A stretch of DNA of 64,000 bases from Rikenellaceae bacterium (GTDB lineage Bacteria; Bacteroidota; Bacteroidia; Bacteroidales; Rikenellaceae), in the NCBI GenBank assembly GCA_044433305.1, contig JAWXTS010000003.1:417-64416 (forward strand), written 5' to 3'. Of this stretch, positions 9,581-19,926 are shown in pieces; the first letter of the stretch is position 1; each line of letters opens with the position of its first letter. Position numbers and translations under genes: made by a program. The notes beneath the pieces were generated by a model. The model saw only the letters and a program-made list of their open reading frames with translations, ran no database searches and was not told the origin of the DNA.

Positions 9581-10894
9581 ATGAACGTAGAATATTTTAT
9601 CTCTCGACGCATGAAGCTCTCTGCCCACGGCAAGGGCAGCAGTGTTGCAACACGCATTGCCAAGGCTAGTGTTGTTATAGGCATCGTTGTGATGATAATA
9701 TCTCTAGCGGTCATAAATGGTTTTCGCAAAGAAATAACCTCCTTGCTAAGTGGCTTTGGCTCCCACATACAAATAGTAAACCTCGACGGCAACAGTTCTT
9801 TCGAGACGTTGCCCATATCCAAAGACCAGCCCTTCCTTGATGAGCTTGCCGCAAACAAGGCCATAGTATCCATAAACCCCTATGCAATAAAGGCTGGCAT
9901 AACACGCTCTCAGGACGACATTCAGGGCGTGATGCTCAAAGGCGTGGACCACAACTATGACTGGTCGTTCTTCAAGAAGAACCTTGTAGTAGGCTCACTA
10001 CCCCGCATGAACGACACCCTGCACACAAAGGACGTTCTTATATCACGCCGCCTATCACAGATACTCAAGCTATCCACTGGCGACAATCTGGATATGCTAT
10101 TCATAGAGCAGCCACCACGTAGAGATAGATTTAGAATCAGCGGCATATATGACACTGGCTTTGAAGATATGGACGACATAGCTGTAATTACAGATTTGCG
10201 CAATGTGCAAAGACTCAACCGCTGGGACGAGAATCAGGTTACTGGCTTTGAAATCATGTGCAACAACATCAACAACATAGACCAAATCACACTAGAGGTA
10301 GACGATATAGTCTACAACTCTTTGATAAGCAGCATAGGCTCTGAACCAGAAAGTCTAAACGACCAATCATCAACGGGCAATCTGGTATTAAACACCTCTA
10401 GTACAAAGATTGAAAACCTAAGGGTCAACAATATACGAGATTTGAACCCTATTATCTTTGACTGGCTGCAGACCCACAACCTCAACGCCATAGTGATAAT
10501 AACCATTATGCTGGCTGTGTCGCTCCTAGGCATGATTTCGGCCATCCTTATAATAATACTTGAGAGGGTGAAAATGATAGGCACACTCAAGACCTTGGGC
10601 ATGAGCAACCGCTCGATACAAATAATTTTCATGATGCGCACCATAAAGATAATACTAAGTGGACTACGCATAGGTAATATAATAGGTGTAGGAATATGTT
10701 TCATTCAACTGTTTACAGGCATCATCAAGCTTGACGCTGGTGGCTACTTCCTGAGTACCGTACCCATACACCTAAGCCCTCTGTGGCTGTTGCCGCTCAA
10801 CGTTGGATTATTCTGCATTATCGTTTTAGTTCTTATGTTGCCAACGATGATTATCTCCATAATCTCACCCGAGAAAAGCATACGCTATGAATAA
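9581..10894 (+). CDS. FtsX/LolC-E-family ABC transporter permease
   Basis: 437 aa: N-terminal TM, large periplasmic domain, C-terminal 3-TM FtsX module. No cognate ATPase gene is adjacent. Confidence 0.75.
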   Translation: MNVEYFISRRMKLSAHGKGSSVATRIAKASVVIGIVVMIISLAVINGFRKEITSLLSGFGSHIQIVNLDGNSSFETLPISKDQPFLDELAANKAIVSINPYAIKAGITRSQDDIQGVMLKGVDHNYDWSFFKKNLVVGSLPRMNDTLHTKDVLISRRLSQILKLSTGDNLDMLFIEQPPRRDRFRISGIYDTGFEDMDDIAVITDLRNVQRLNRWDENQVTGFEIMCNNINNIDQITLEVDDIVYNSLISSIGSEPESLNDQSSTGNLVLNTSSTKIENLRVNNIRDLNPIIFDWLQTHNLNAIVIITIMLAVSLLGMISAILIIILERVKMIGTLKTLGMSNRSIQIIFMMRTIKIILSGLRIGNIIGVGICFIQLFTGIIKLDAGGYFLSTVPIHLSPLWLLPLNVGLFCIIVLVLMLPTMIISIISPEKSIRYE

Positions 10895-11675
10895 CACGAT
10901 AGATTCTACAACAAAACCTTATAGTGAACAAGAAAACAAGAAGTCGCAGGTGCGCCGTATGTTCAACAACATAGCTCCCAACTACGACTTTCTAAACCGT
11001 GTTCTCTCCTTTGGCATAGACATACACTGGCGCAAGGTGCTTGTAAAGGCCCTTAAAAAGCAAGTCTTAAGCTCAGGGGCAAGCGCCTTCGAGATTCTGG
11101 ATTTGGCAACAGGCACTGCCGATTTGCCGATAATGATTTCCAGAAAGCTCAAAAAGCAAATGCCAAATATAACCATCAAGGGAGTAGACCTTTCGCCACA
11201 GATGCTGAGCTATGGACAGATTAAACTCGACAAGCTCGCAAGCAAAGAGCCACTGGCAAAGAACATCACTTTAGAGGAGGGCGATGCCGAGCAACTACGA
11301 TTCTCTGCAGAGAGCTTCGATGCCGTAACTGCCGTGTTTGGAGTACGCAACTTTGGCGATTTAGAAAAAGGCGTGTCTCAAATCTTCCGCGTCACCAAGA
11401 ACAAAGGACAAATCTACATACTAGAATTTGGTATGCCCGAGAATAAAATAATAGGTTCTCTATATCGTCTTTACTTTCTTAAGATGTTGCCAGCCATAGG
11501 GGGTCTTATATCCAAAGACTTCAAAGCCTATGACTATCTACCCAAGAGTGTGGAGACCTTTGCATCCAAGCACGTATTTTGCAAGATACTTAGCGAAGTA
11601 GGCTTCAGTGATGTCAAAGTCAAATCTATGACCTTTGGCGTTGCCAATATCTATTACGGAACGAAAAATATGTAG
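10887..11675 (+). CDS. menG: Demethylmenaquinone methyltransferase (UbiE/MenG)
   Basis: 262 aa with the RMFNNIAPNYDFLNR signature and the DLATGTAD SAM motif. Confidence 0.9.
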   Translation: MNNTIDSTTKPYSEQENKKSQVRRMFNNIAPNYDFLNRVLSFGIDIHWRKVLVKALKKQVLSSGASAFEILDLATGTADLPIMISRKLKKQMPNITIKGVDLSPQMLSYGQIKLDKLASKEPLAKNITLEEGDAEQLRFSAESFDAVTAVFGVRNFGDLEKGVSQIFRVTKNKGQIYILEFGMPENKIIGSLYRLYFLKMLPAIGGLISKDFKAYDYLPKSVETFASKHVFCKILSEVGFSDVKVKSMTFGVANIYYGTKNM

Positions 11676-11677
11676 AA

Positions 11678-12142
11678 ATGAAAAAAATATTATTTATATT
11701 TGTCGCTATATTCATAGCTACGAGCTGTGTACGAGAAGACCAGTTTAATTTTGAAAGCATAGACAAGATAGGCTTTAGCAACGTATCGCTCGTTGGAGCC
11801 AACATAGACAGTGAGCTAACAATATCGAACCAGTCGCGCAAGAGGCTAACCATAAAGCAAGTAGAACTGAATATAAGCAAGGGAGAGAGAACCATTGCCC
11901 GTGCCAAACTGCAAGAACCAGTTGTAGTAAATAAGCGAAGCCAAGAGTCTGTCGAGGCAACCATAAGGCTTACTACCAGCCCCGGCATTGGAGCTTTTGC
12001 ACTTATGGGCTTGGCAAACGACATAGACCAACTTACTGTTGAGGGTTTTGCAACCATCAAATTAGGAGCCATAAACCGCAAGATAGAAATACCGCCTACC
12101 CCTGTAAAAAACCTAGCAAATGCCCTAGGCTTACAAAGATAA
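11678..12142 (+). CDS. Hypothetical lipoprotein (possibly LEA_2/WHy-like beta-sandwich)
   Basis: 154 aa. Signal peptide with lipobox (IATSC). The alternating beta pattern resembles LEA type 2, which is a weak call. Confidence 0.4.
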   Translation: MKKILFIFVAIFIATSCVREDQFNFESIDKIGFSNVSLVGANIDSELTISNQSRKRLTIKQVELNISKGERTIARAKLQEPVVVNKRSQESVEATIRLTTSPGIGAFALMGLANDIDQLTVEGFATIKLGAINRKIEIPPTPVKNLANALGLQR

Positions 12143-12148
12143 AACATA

Positions 12149-12670
12149 TTGGATATGAACAAAAATATAACGTTGATGCTTTTGGTTGTGACAGCACTTA
12201 TGCTGAGCACAAACATCAAGGCACAGTCTCAAGACATATATACTCAACTATCTACGGCTGACCCAGCCACTAGAAACACTGTGCAGCTTAACGAACATAG
12301 CTCGATTAGAAATCTAGCCATGCCAACAACCACGAACAATAATATTCGAGGCTACCGTGTTAGGATATTCTTTGACAATAGCCAAAGCGCACGCACAACG
12401 GCACAAGAGATAAAGGAGGAATTTGAGAAGATGTATCCTTTGGTGCCATGCTATCTGATATACGAGAACCCTTATTTCAAAGTCACCGTAGGTAACTGCC
12501 TAAGCAATGAGGAGGCCATAATGCTGTGGAATCGAATCAAGGGCTCTTTTGACCACGCTTTTGTAATCAGAGAGGAGATTCCTTTCGAGGAGTTGCGCAC
12601 CCCAGCGGTACGCCAGATGGAGCCACGCTTCAATCTGGACAGCACAACATTCAACTCTCCTACCTTGTAG
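12149..12670 (+). CDS. SPOR-domain (peptidoglycan-binding) protein
   Basis: 173 aa. Signal peptide and a C-terminal SPOR-like domain (YRVRIFFDNSQ ... YFKVTVGNCLSNEEA). Confidence 0.7.
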   Translation: MDMNKNITLMLLVVTALMLSTNIKAQSQDIYTQLSTADPATRNTVQLNEHSSIRNLAMPTTTNNNIRGYRVRIFFDNSQSARTTAQEIKEEFEKMYPLVPCYLIYENPYFKVTVGNCLSNEEAIMLWNRIKGSFDHAFVIREEIPFEELRTPAVRQMEPRFNLDSTTFNSPTL

Positions 12671-12675
12671 TTCGA

Positions 12676-14016
12676 CTATTCAAGGCTCACACCCTCATTA
12701 TCGTCATAATCCAAGAACTGCTCTGGCATTTGTTTCGAGGCGCGTACACCTAGCTTACGTAGCTTCTCGACGCGGCCGATAAGATTTCCACGTCCAGTTT
12801 TGAGCTTACCCATAGCATCGTCATATTTCTTAGATGTGTTGTCTATGCTGCGTCCAAGGTCAGACAGCGACTCTGCAAAGCCCACAAACTTATCGTACAG
12901 ACGACTACTCTCCAAGGCTATGTTTATTGCATTCTTGCTCTGAAGATCGCGCTTCCACAAATCATCAACAATCTTAAGCACGGCAAATAGGTTCGTCGGA
13001 CTGCTAATCATAACCTTACGCTCGTAGGCATATCTCCATAGGTCGCTATCATTCTGCAAAGCTAGCAAGAAAGCTGGCTCATTAGGAATGAACATAATAA
13101 CCATATCGGGGGCTGTGTCGCCTATAAGCTCGGGGTAACCCTTGGTTGCAAGCTCGTCGACATGACGGCGAACAGACAAGAGGTGCTCCTTGATGGCACG
13201 AGCCATAACCTCCTTGTCATCGCTCTCGGTATAGGCCACATAAGATTTTATAGAGACCTTAGAATCTACAATTATAGACTTATTATCAGGTAGTTTAATA
13301 ACAACATCGGGGCGTTTATTGGCTCCCGTTTCATCCTTAAAGTTCTGCTGGGTAAGGTAGTGCACGCCCTTGTGTAGACCCGAAGCCTCAAGCATGGTCT
13401 CGAGTATCATCTCGCCCCAGTCGCCCTGAGTCTTGCTATTGCCCTTGAGTGCAGCAACAAGATTGTTGGCCTCAACAGACATCTTAGTGTTCATCTCCGA
13501 GAGCTGTTTGATTTGCTCTTTGAGCGAGGTGCGCTGCTGAGACTCACTTATATAAACCTCCTCGACACGCTTTCTGAAGGCTTCGATATTCTCGCGGAAA
13601 GGCTGCAACATTTGCTCCATGCTCTCACGATTCGATCGCTTGAATTGGTCGCTCTTGTCAGCCATTATCTTATCGGCCAAGACAGCAAACTCGGCCTTCA
13701 CACGCTCCTGAATCTGAAGCTGGTCTTCCTTGGCACGCTTTTGCATAAGCTCCAACTGCTCGCGAAAAGCAGCATCTTGCTTCTGGGCACGTTGCTTATA
13801 ATCATTTTCCATCAAAGTGGCATCTTGCTTTGCCTGCAACAGAGAGTCCTTGAGCGAGCTAACATTAGCTGCCAGAGTCGCATTATCACGCGTCAACTCC
13901 AGAATCTCTTGCGAGGATAAATCAGTATGTTTCTGCATCTTGGCACGTCCACTTACGAACATTGCCATGCCACCAAGTAGTAGCCCTGCAACGAATAAAA
14001 CTATTGTAACTATCAT
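12676..14016 (-). CDS. rmuC: DNA recombination protein RmuC
   Basis: 446 aa. N-terminal TM, long coiled-coil, C-terminal RmuC nuclease-like domain (PDVVIKLPD ... IVDSKVS ... MFIPNE). Confidence 0.88.
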   Translation of the reverse strand: MIVTIVLFVAGLLLGGMAMFVSGRAKMQKHTDLSSQEILELTRDNATLAANVSSLKDSLLQAKQDATLMENDYKQRAQKQDAAFREQLELMQKRAKEDQLQIQERVKAEFAVLADKIMADKSDQFKRSNRESMEQMLQPFRENIEAFRKRVEEVYISESQQRTSLKEQIKQLSEMNTKMSVEANNLVAALKGNSKTQGDWGEMILETMLEASGLHKGVHYLTQQNFKDETGANKRPDVVIKLPDNKSIIVDSKVSIKSYVAYTESDDKEVMARAIKEHLLSVRRHVDELATKGYPELIGDTAPDMVIMFIPNEPAFLLALQNDSDLWRYAYERKVMISSPTNLFAVLKIVDDLWKRDLQSKNAINIALESSRLYDKFVGFAESLSDLGRSIDNTSKKYDDAMGKLKTGRGNLIGRVEKLRKLGVRASKQMPEQFLDYDDNEGVSLE

Positions 14017-14060
14017 AATGAATTTCTTGGTTTAAAGTTTAATCTACAAGCTTTACTTTA

Positions 14061-14068
14061 CAAAAGTA
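14061..14068 (-). promoter_or_regulatory. -7 promoter box (TACTTTTG) for rmuC
   Basis: TAnnTTTG match on the minus strand, 45 nt upstream of the ATG. Confidence 0.5.
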
Positions 14069-14131
14069 CAAAACTATTTAATTAGTAGCTTATGAATGGT
14101 AAAGCAGGCGTGAAGTTAGGCAAATTTTTCA

Positions 14132-14139
14132 TACATTTG
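14132..14139 (+). promoter_or_regulatory. -7 promoter box (TACATTTG) for rpe
   Basis: TAnnTTTG match 18 nt upstream of the ATG at 14157. Confidence 0.5.
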
Positions 14140-14156
14140 TAGAAAATTAATAACTT

Positions 14157-14807
14157 ATGCACAAAATCATCTCCCCGTCGCTACTATCTGCCAATTTTGG
14201 ACACCTTGATGCCGATGTTGAAATGCTAAATAGCAGCGAAGCCGAATGGTTACATCTCGATATTATGGACGGCGTTTTCGTGCCCAATATATCTTTTGGA
14301 TTTTCGATCATCAACGCCATCAGGAAAAAAACAACTAAGGTCCTAGACACCCACCTTATGATAGTCGACCCTGAGCGTTATGTAGAAGATTTTGCCAAGG
14401 CCGGAGCCGACATACTAACAGTACACATAGAAGCTCTGAAAGACCCAAAGCAAACCATAGCCAAAATCAAAGAGTGCGGCATGAAAGCAGGACTATCCAT
14501 CAAACCAGCCACCAGCGCACAAAGCATCTTTGAGCTACTACCAATGCTGGATATGGTACTTGTAATGAGTGTCGAACCAGGCTTCGGAGGACAGAAGTTT
14601 ATGCCCGAAAGCCTTGACAAGATAAAAGCACTCAGAGCTGAGATTGACCGCCTTGGACTAGATACCATAATCGAGATTGACGGAGGCATAGACCTAGGAA
14701 ATGCCGCAGCAGTATATGAGGCTGGATGCGAGGTCTTGGTTGCTGGCAGCACGGTATTTAACAGCAGCGACCCTAAACAAACAATACACGAATTATTAAA
14801 GCTCTAG
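14157..14807 (+). CDS. rpe: Ribulose-phosphate 3-epimerase
   Basis: 216 aa with SLLSANF, HLDIMDG and MSVEPGFGGQ motifs. Confidence 0.95.
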   Translation: MHKIISPSLLSANFGHLDADVEMLNSSEAEWLHLDIMDGVFVPNISFGFSIINAIRKKTTKVLDTHLMIVDPERYVEDFAKAGADILTVHIEALKDPKQTIAKIKECGMKAGLSIKPATSAQSIFELLPMLDMVLVMSVEPGFGGQKFMPESLDKIKALRAEIDRLGLDTIIEIDGGIDLGNAAAVYEAGCEVLVAGSTVFNSSDPKQTIHELLKL

Positions 14808-14815
14808 AGCAATAA

Positions 14816-16756
14816 ATGATTTCAATAGATAACGTTACAGTCAGCTTTGGTGGCACAGCCCTATTTTCTGACGTATCAGTACTTATAAACTCCAAAGACC
14901 GCATAGGTCTGGTTGGCAAGAATGGCGCAGGCAAGTCTACCCTACTCAAGATTTTGACTGGCACAGAGCAGCCAACCTCTGGTGGTGTGTCTGCAAATGG
15001 CGACTGCACCATAGGCTACCTACCTCAGCAGATGGCTCTATCGGACACCACGACCCTTGTCGATGAGGCGGCCAAAGCCTTTGACCAAATAAACCAGATT
15101 GAGAAGCAGATAGAACAGCTTACAGCTGAGATTGCCGAGCGCACAGACTACCAAAGCGAGGAATATGGCAAGCTACTAGAGAAGCTCAACCACCTGAATG
15201 ACCACTTCCACATCCTTGATGGCGGCAACCGAGAGGAGCAAATCGAAAGAACGCTGCTAGGACTTGGCTTCTTGCGTAGTGACTTTGGGCGCAACACAAA
15301 GGAGTTTAGTGGCGGCTGGAGGATGCGTATCGAGCTGGCTAAGCTCTTGCTTCGACGCCCATCGCTACTGCTACTCGACGAGCCTACCAATCACCTAGAC
15401 ATAGAGAGCATAGAATGGCTAGAGAACTATATCCGCGACTACAACGGAGCCATGGTTCTTATCTCGCACGACAAGGCTTTCCTTGATAACACCACAACGC
15501 GCACAGTAGAAATATCGTGTGGCAAGGTCACCGACTACAAGGTATCATATAGCAAGTATGTTGAGCTGCGAAAAGAACGCCGTGAGCAACAAATTGCAGC
15601 CTTCAACAACCAACAGAAATCTATTCAGGCGGCCGAAGATTTTATCGAACGCTTTAGATATAAACCCACAAAGTCGAATCAAGTGCAGTCTCGCATCAAG
15701 CAGCTTGAGAAGATAGAACGCATAGAGATAGACCAAGAGGATTTGAGCACGCTGAACCTTAAGTTTCCACCCTCACCACGCTCGGGGCAGGTGGTAGCTC
15801 AATCAAAAGATGCTGCCAAGAGCTTTGGCCAAAAGCACATCTTTGGCGGAGCCAACATCCTTGTCGAGAGGGGCGAGAAAGTAGCTTTTGTAGGTCGCAA
15901 TGGCGAGGGCAAGACAACCATGGCTCGCATAATACTTGGCGAGATTGAAGCCTCGGGGGGCGAAGTAATCACAGGACACAATGTCGATATAGGCTACTTT
16001 GCACAGAACCAAGACGATTTGATGAATGGCGAATTCACGGTCTTTGACACCCTCGACAACATAGCCGTTGGTGAGATTCGCACACGACTAAGAGACATTC
16101 TGGGAGCCTTCCTATTTAGGGGCGAAGATATAGAAAAGAAAGTCAAGGTGCTTTCGGGTGGCGAACGTTCACGTCTGGCCATGGCAAGGCTGATGCTCTC
16201 TCCCCACAACCTGCTTGTTCTGGATGAGCCTACCAACCACATGGATATGCGCTCAAAGGAAATACTTAAACAGGCGGTCAAAGACTTTGATGGCAGCGCG
16301 ATTATAGTATCCCACGACAGAGAGTTCCTTGATGGGCTGGTGGATAAGGTCTACGAGTTTAGAGAGGGCAAGGTCAAAGAGCACTTGGGTGGCATATACG
16401 ACTTCCTGCGTGCCCGCCGCCTAGAGAACGTATCTGAGATTGAGCGCAAGGACCCAAAAACACCTGCCGAACAGAATAAAACTAGCTCCAACAAAGAGAA
16501 CTACGCCCTGCGCAAAGAACAAGAGAAGCAGCAGCGCAAGCTCAAAAACGAAATAGACAAACTAGAAAAAGACATAGAAACTAAAGAGGCTCAGCTCGAA
16601 GAGCTAGCAGACCAGCTGGCCCAGCCAGACAAGTATAACCTTGATTTGCGCGACGGCAAGCTCTTTAGCGAATATGACACTCAAAAGAAACATATCGCTG
16701 CTCTTATGACCCAATGGGAAGAGCTAAGTGGTCAACTTGAAGAACTAAAAAATTAA
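14816..16756 (+). CDS. ABC-F family ATPase (two NBDs, C-terminal coiled coil; Uup/YheS-like)
   Basis: 646 aa. Walker A motifs GKNGAGKST and GRNGEGKTT, signatures FSGGWRMR and LSGGERSR, no TM domain. Confidence 0.88.
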   Translation: MISIDNVTVSFGGTALFSDVSVLINSKDRIGLVGKNGAGKSTLLKILTGTEQPTSGGVSANGDCTIGYLPQQMALSDTTTLVDEAAKAFDQINQIEKQIEQLTAEIAERTDYQSEEYGKLLEKLNHLNDHFHILDGGNREEQIERTLLGLGFLRSDFGRNTKEFSGGWRMRIELAKLLLRRPSLLLLDEPTNHLDIESIEWLENYIRDYNGAMVLISHDKAFLDNTTTRTVEISCGKVTDYKVSYSKYVELRKERREQQIAAFNNQQKSIQAAEDFIERFRYKPTKSNQVQSRIKQLEKIERIEIDQEDLSTLNLKFPPSPRSGQVVAQSKDAAKSFGQKHIFGGANILVERGEKVAFVGRNGEGKTTMARIILGEIEASGGEVITGHNVDIGYFAQNQDDLMNGEFTVFDTLDNIAVGEIRTRLRDILGAFLFRGEDIEKKVKVLSGGERSRLAMARLMLSPHNLLVLDEPTNHMDMRSKEILKQAVKDFDGSAIIVSHDREFLDGLVDKVYEFREGKVKEHLGGIYDFLRARRLENVSEIERKDPKTPAEQNKTSSNKENYALRKEQEKQQRKLKNEIDKLEKDIETKEAQLEELADQLAQPDKYNLDLRDGKLFSEYDTQKKHIAALMTQWEELSGQLEELKN

Positions 16757-16763
16757 AAATACT

Positions 16764-17504
16764 ATGGAAAGACAAAACATCATCTTCGGCATACGACCGA
16801 TAATAGAGGCCATCGAATCGGGCCAAGAGATAGAAAAAGTATACGTACGCAAAGAGGCAGAGGGCTACCTTATGAACTCTCTTAAGGAGATATGTACACG
16901 CAAGGGCATACGCATGCAGTTTGTACCTATCGAGAAGTTGAACTACTTTACACGTGCCAACCACCAAGGAGCAGTTGCACAAATCGCCCCTATCGAATAT
17001 GCTGAGATAAGCGACATCGTGGCAGACATACCAGAGGACAAGATTCCACTTATTATGGTGTGTGACGGAGTTACCGACGTGCGCAACTTCGGAGCCATTG
17101 CCCGCAGTGCGGCATGTGCTGGTGCCGATGCCATTATCATAGGCATCAAGAACTCGGCTCCTGTAAATGCAGACGCCATCAAGACTTCTGCCGGAGCACT
17201 TACCACCCTACCTGTATGCCGCGTAGGTAGCATACGTAACACGCTGAAATATCTTCAGGCTCAGGGTATGCAGCTTGTTGCCTCAACCGAAAAGGGAGAG
17301 AAACTACTTTTTGAGACCGACCTTACCAAACCTTCGGTTATCATCATGGGTAGCGAGGATACAGGAATATCTAAAGAGGTTCTGAAGATGTGTGACGCTC
17401 GCGTGGCCATACCTATCGTGGGACCGATAGAATCACTAAACGTCTCTGCGGCAGCAGCCATAATGCTGTTTGACGCGGTGAGACAGCGTATAGAATTGAA
17501 CTAA
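16764..17504 (+). CDS. rlmB: 23S rRNA (guanosine-2'-O)-methyltransferase, SpoU/TrmH family
   Basis: 246 aa. N-terminal L30e-like substrate domain plus a SpoU knot domain (IMGSEDTGIS, ESLNVSAAAAI). Confidence 0.85.
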   Translation: MERQNIIFGIRPIIEAIESGQEIEKVYVRKEAEGYLMNSLKEICTRKGIRMQFVPIEKLNYFTRANHQGAVAQIAPIEYAEISDIVADIPEDKIPLIMVCDGVTDVRNFGAIARSAACAGADAIIIGIKNSAPVNADAIKTSAGALTTLPVCRVGSIRNTLKYLQAQGMQLVASTEKGEKLLFETDLTKPSVIIMGSEDTGISKEVLKMCDARVAIPIVGPIESLNVSAAAAIMLFDAVRQRIELN

Positions 17505-17521
17505 AAAAAACAGTGTGAACA

Positions 17522-18580
17522 ATGGAACAATATTTTAACGATGCCGTAGAGCTACTTAGAAAGCTAATTGCGACACCCTCAATAAGCAAACAAGAAGACA
17601 AGACAGCACAGATTTTATTTGATTTTCTGGCATCTAAATCTATTGACGTAAAGCGCAGCAACAACAACGTGTGGGCCAAGAACCTGCACTTTGACACTGC
17701 CAAGACGACCATACTCTTAAACTCACACCACGACACAGTAAAGCCCAATAGTGCCTACACGCGTGACCCTTTTGCTCCGACCATCGAGGGCGACTACCTA
17801 TATGGACTAGGCAGCAATGATGCTGGAGCTAGCGGCGTTTGCTTGCTAGCGGCATTTGTTCACTTCTACCATAGAGAGGACTTGCCTTTCAACCTTATAG
17901 TAGCCATCACAGCCGAGGAGGAAAATTCGGGAACGCTGGGTCTAGAGTCCCTACTTCCTGAGCTGGGTAAGCTCGATGTGGCCATCGTAGGCGAACCAAC
18001 AAAGATGCAGCCAGCAGTGGCCGAGCGCGGACTTATGGTCATCGATTGCATAGCCCACGGCAAGGCTGGACATGCTGCCCGCAACGAGGGCGACAACGCC
18101 ATCTTCCATGCCATAAAAGACATCGAGTGGTTCAACACTTACCGTTTCGAGCGCGAGTCTGAGTTGCTGGGGCCTGTGAAGATGACAACAACAATAATCT
18201 CGGCAGGCAGCCAGCACAACGTTGTGCCAGCAGAGTGCAAGTTCACGGTCGACATTCGCAGCACCGATGCCTACACCAATGGCGAGCTTGTGGATATCAT
18301 AAAGCAACATGTGCGCTCTGAGGTCTTGCCTCGCTCGACACGCCTAAGCCCTAGCGCAATAGCTCTGGACCACCCTTTGGTCTTGGGTGCAAAAGCCTTG
18401 GGACGTGAAACTTTTATCTCACCAACAACATCCGACCAAGCACTGTTATCTATACCATCAATGAAGATGGGCGTTGGCGACTCGGCACGCTCACACAGCG
18501 CAGACGAGTATGTGCTACTATCTGAGATAAAAGAGGGCATAGGCCTATATATCGAACTATTAGAGAATTTAAAACTATAA
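17522..18580 (+). CDS. M20-family deacylase (ArgE/DapE-like; probable N-acyl-citrulline/ornithine deacylase of arginine synthesis)
   Basis: 352 aa. M20 metal-ligand blocks (NSHHDTV, GSNDAG, EEE, SADE). Lies 10 nt upstream of argH. Confidence 0.75.
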   Translation: MEQYFNDAVELLRKLIATPSISKQEDKTAQILFDFLASKSIDVKRSNNNVWAKNLHFDTAKTTILLNSHHDTVKPNSAYTRDPFAPTIEGDYLYGLGSNDAGASGVCLLAAFVHFYHREDLPFNLIVAITAEEENSGTLGLESLLPELGKLDVAIVGEPTKMQPAVAERGLMVIDCIAHGKAGHAARNEGDNAIFHAIKDIEWFNTYRFERESELLGPVKMTTTIISAGSQHNVVPAECKFTVDIRSTDAYTNGELVDIIKQHVRSEVLPRSTRLSPSAIALDHPLVLGAKALGRETFISPTTSDQALLSIPSMKMGVGDSARSHSADEYVLLSEIKEGIGLYIELLENLKL

Positions 18581-18590
18581 ACTTACACTT

Positions 18591-19922
18591 ATGAAACTTT
18601 GGCAAAAAGATATAGACGTCAATAAGGCCGTAGAAGATTTTACGGTTGGACGAGACAGAGAGATGGACATGTTTCTGGCCGAGGCCGACGTGCTAGGTTC
18701 ACTAGCCCACACACGCATGCTCGAAAGCATAGGGCTGTTGACAAAAGAAGAATTAGAGCAGGTTCAGCGCGAACTGAAAAACATATATAAGGACATAATC
18801 GAGGGCCGCTTCATCATATCTGATGGCGTTGAGGACGTTCACTCGCAGGTAGAGTTTCTGCTTACCGAGCGCATAGGCGAGACAGGCAAGAAGATACACA
18901 GTGGCCGCTCGCGCAATGACCAAGTGCTGGTAGATTTACGCATCTTTATCCGTAAGCAGATTATGGAAACTGTGGCCGACGTGGAGAAACTTTTTGCTCA
19001 GCTGCAAAAGCTTGCCGACAAACACAAAGGCACGCTTATGCCGGGCTACACTCACCTTCAGGTTGCCATGCCATCCTCTTTCGGGCTATGGTTCGGCTCG
19101 TATGCCGAGAGCCTTATGGATGATTTGACCCTTACTCAGGCTGCCTACAAGATATGTAACCGCAACCCACTTGGTTCGGCAGCAGGATATGGCTCGTCTT
19201 TCCCTTTGAACCGCACCATGACAACAGAGCTACTAGGCTTCGATTCTATGTGCTACAATGTTGTTTATGCTCAGATGGGACGTGGCAAAACCGAGCGTAT
19301 AGTAGCTCAGGCACTATCCTCTATCGCCGCTACCCTAGCGCGACTTGCTACCGACAACACCATGTTCCTAAATCAAAACTTCTCGTTTATATCATACCCT
19401 GCCGAGCTAACCACAGGTTCGAGTATCATGCCTCACAAGAAGAATCCTGACGTGTGGGAGCTTATACGTGGCAAGTGTAATATTATTCAAGGCTTGCCAA
19501 ATCAGATAGCCATGATGACCGTGAACCTACCACTGGGATACAACCGTGATATGCAACTACTTAAGGAGTCTTTGTTCCCTGCCATAGCCGAGCTACGCAA
19601 CTGTGTTCGCATGGCCACCTTCATGCTAGAGAATATATCTGTAAGAGAAAATATCCTTGACCACAAGATGTATGACTATATATTTAGCGTTGAGGTAGTT
19701 AACAAACTAGCTTATCAGGGCGTTCCTTTCCGCGAGGCCTACAAGAAAGTTGGTATGGACATCGAACACGGAGAGTTTTCTCCCGAGCGCAGCGTGAACC
19801 ACACTCACGAGGGCAGCATAGGCAACCTATGTCTTGAGCAGGTGAGCGAGCTTATGAACCAAACCATCGCCTCTTTTGGCTTTGACAAAGTTTGCAAGGC
19901 AGAAAGCGAGCTAACAAAATAG
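18591..19922 (+). CDS. argH: Argininosuccinate lyase
   Basis: 443 aa with the fumarate-lyase signature GSSIMPHKKNPD and the SGRSRNDQV block. Confidence 0.95.
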   Translation: MKLWQKDIDVNKAVEDFTVGRDREMDMFLAEADVLGSLAHTRMLESIGLLTKEELEQVQRELKNIYKDIIEGRFIISDGVEDVHSQVEFLLTERIGETGKKIHSGRSRNDQVLVDLRIFIRKQIMETVADVEKLFAQLQKLADKHKGTLMPGYTHLQVAMPSSFGLWFGSYAESLMDDLTLTQAAYKICNRNPLGSAAGYGSSFPLNRTMTTELLGFDSMCYNVVYAQMGRGKTERIVAQALSSIAATLARLATDNTMFLNQNFSFISYPAELTTGSSIMPHKKNPDVWELIRGKCNIIQGLPNQIAMMTVNLPLGYNRDMQLLKESLFPAIAELRNCVRMATFMLENISVRENILDHKMYDYIFSVEVVNKLAYQGVPFREAYKKVGMDIEHGEFSPERSVNHTHEGSIGNLCLEQVSELMNQTIASFGFDKVCKAESELTK

Positions 19923-19926
19923 TAAA

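Noticed and set aside
11626-12219. 197-aa minus-strand ORF spanning the menG end, the lipoprotein gene and the start of the SPOR gene
   Set aside because: It overlaps three plus-strand genes that have proper signal peptides and tight spacing. It has no start context or recognisable domain.
12676-14016. RmuC nuclease-like gene as a possible defence component
   Set aside because: It stands alone between a SPOR-domain gene and rpe. There are no partner genes (methylase, ATPase, helicase) and it has its own promoter box, which is consistent with the ordinary chromosomal rmuC.
14816-16756. ABC-F ATPase as an antibiotic-resistance (ARE) determinant
   Set aside because: Its domain layout and long C-terminal coiled coil resemble housekeeping Uup/YheS-type ABC-F proteins. 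It sits between rpe and rlmB in a core context. ARE status cannot be claimed without phylogeny.
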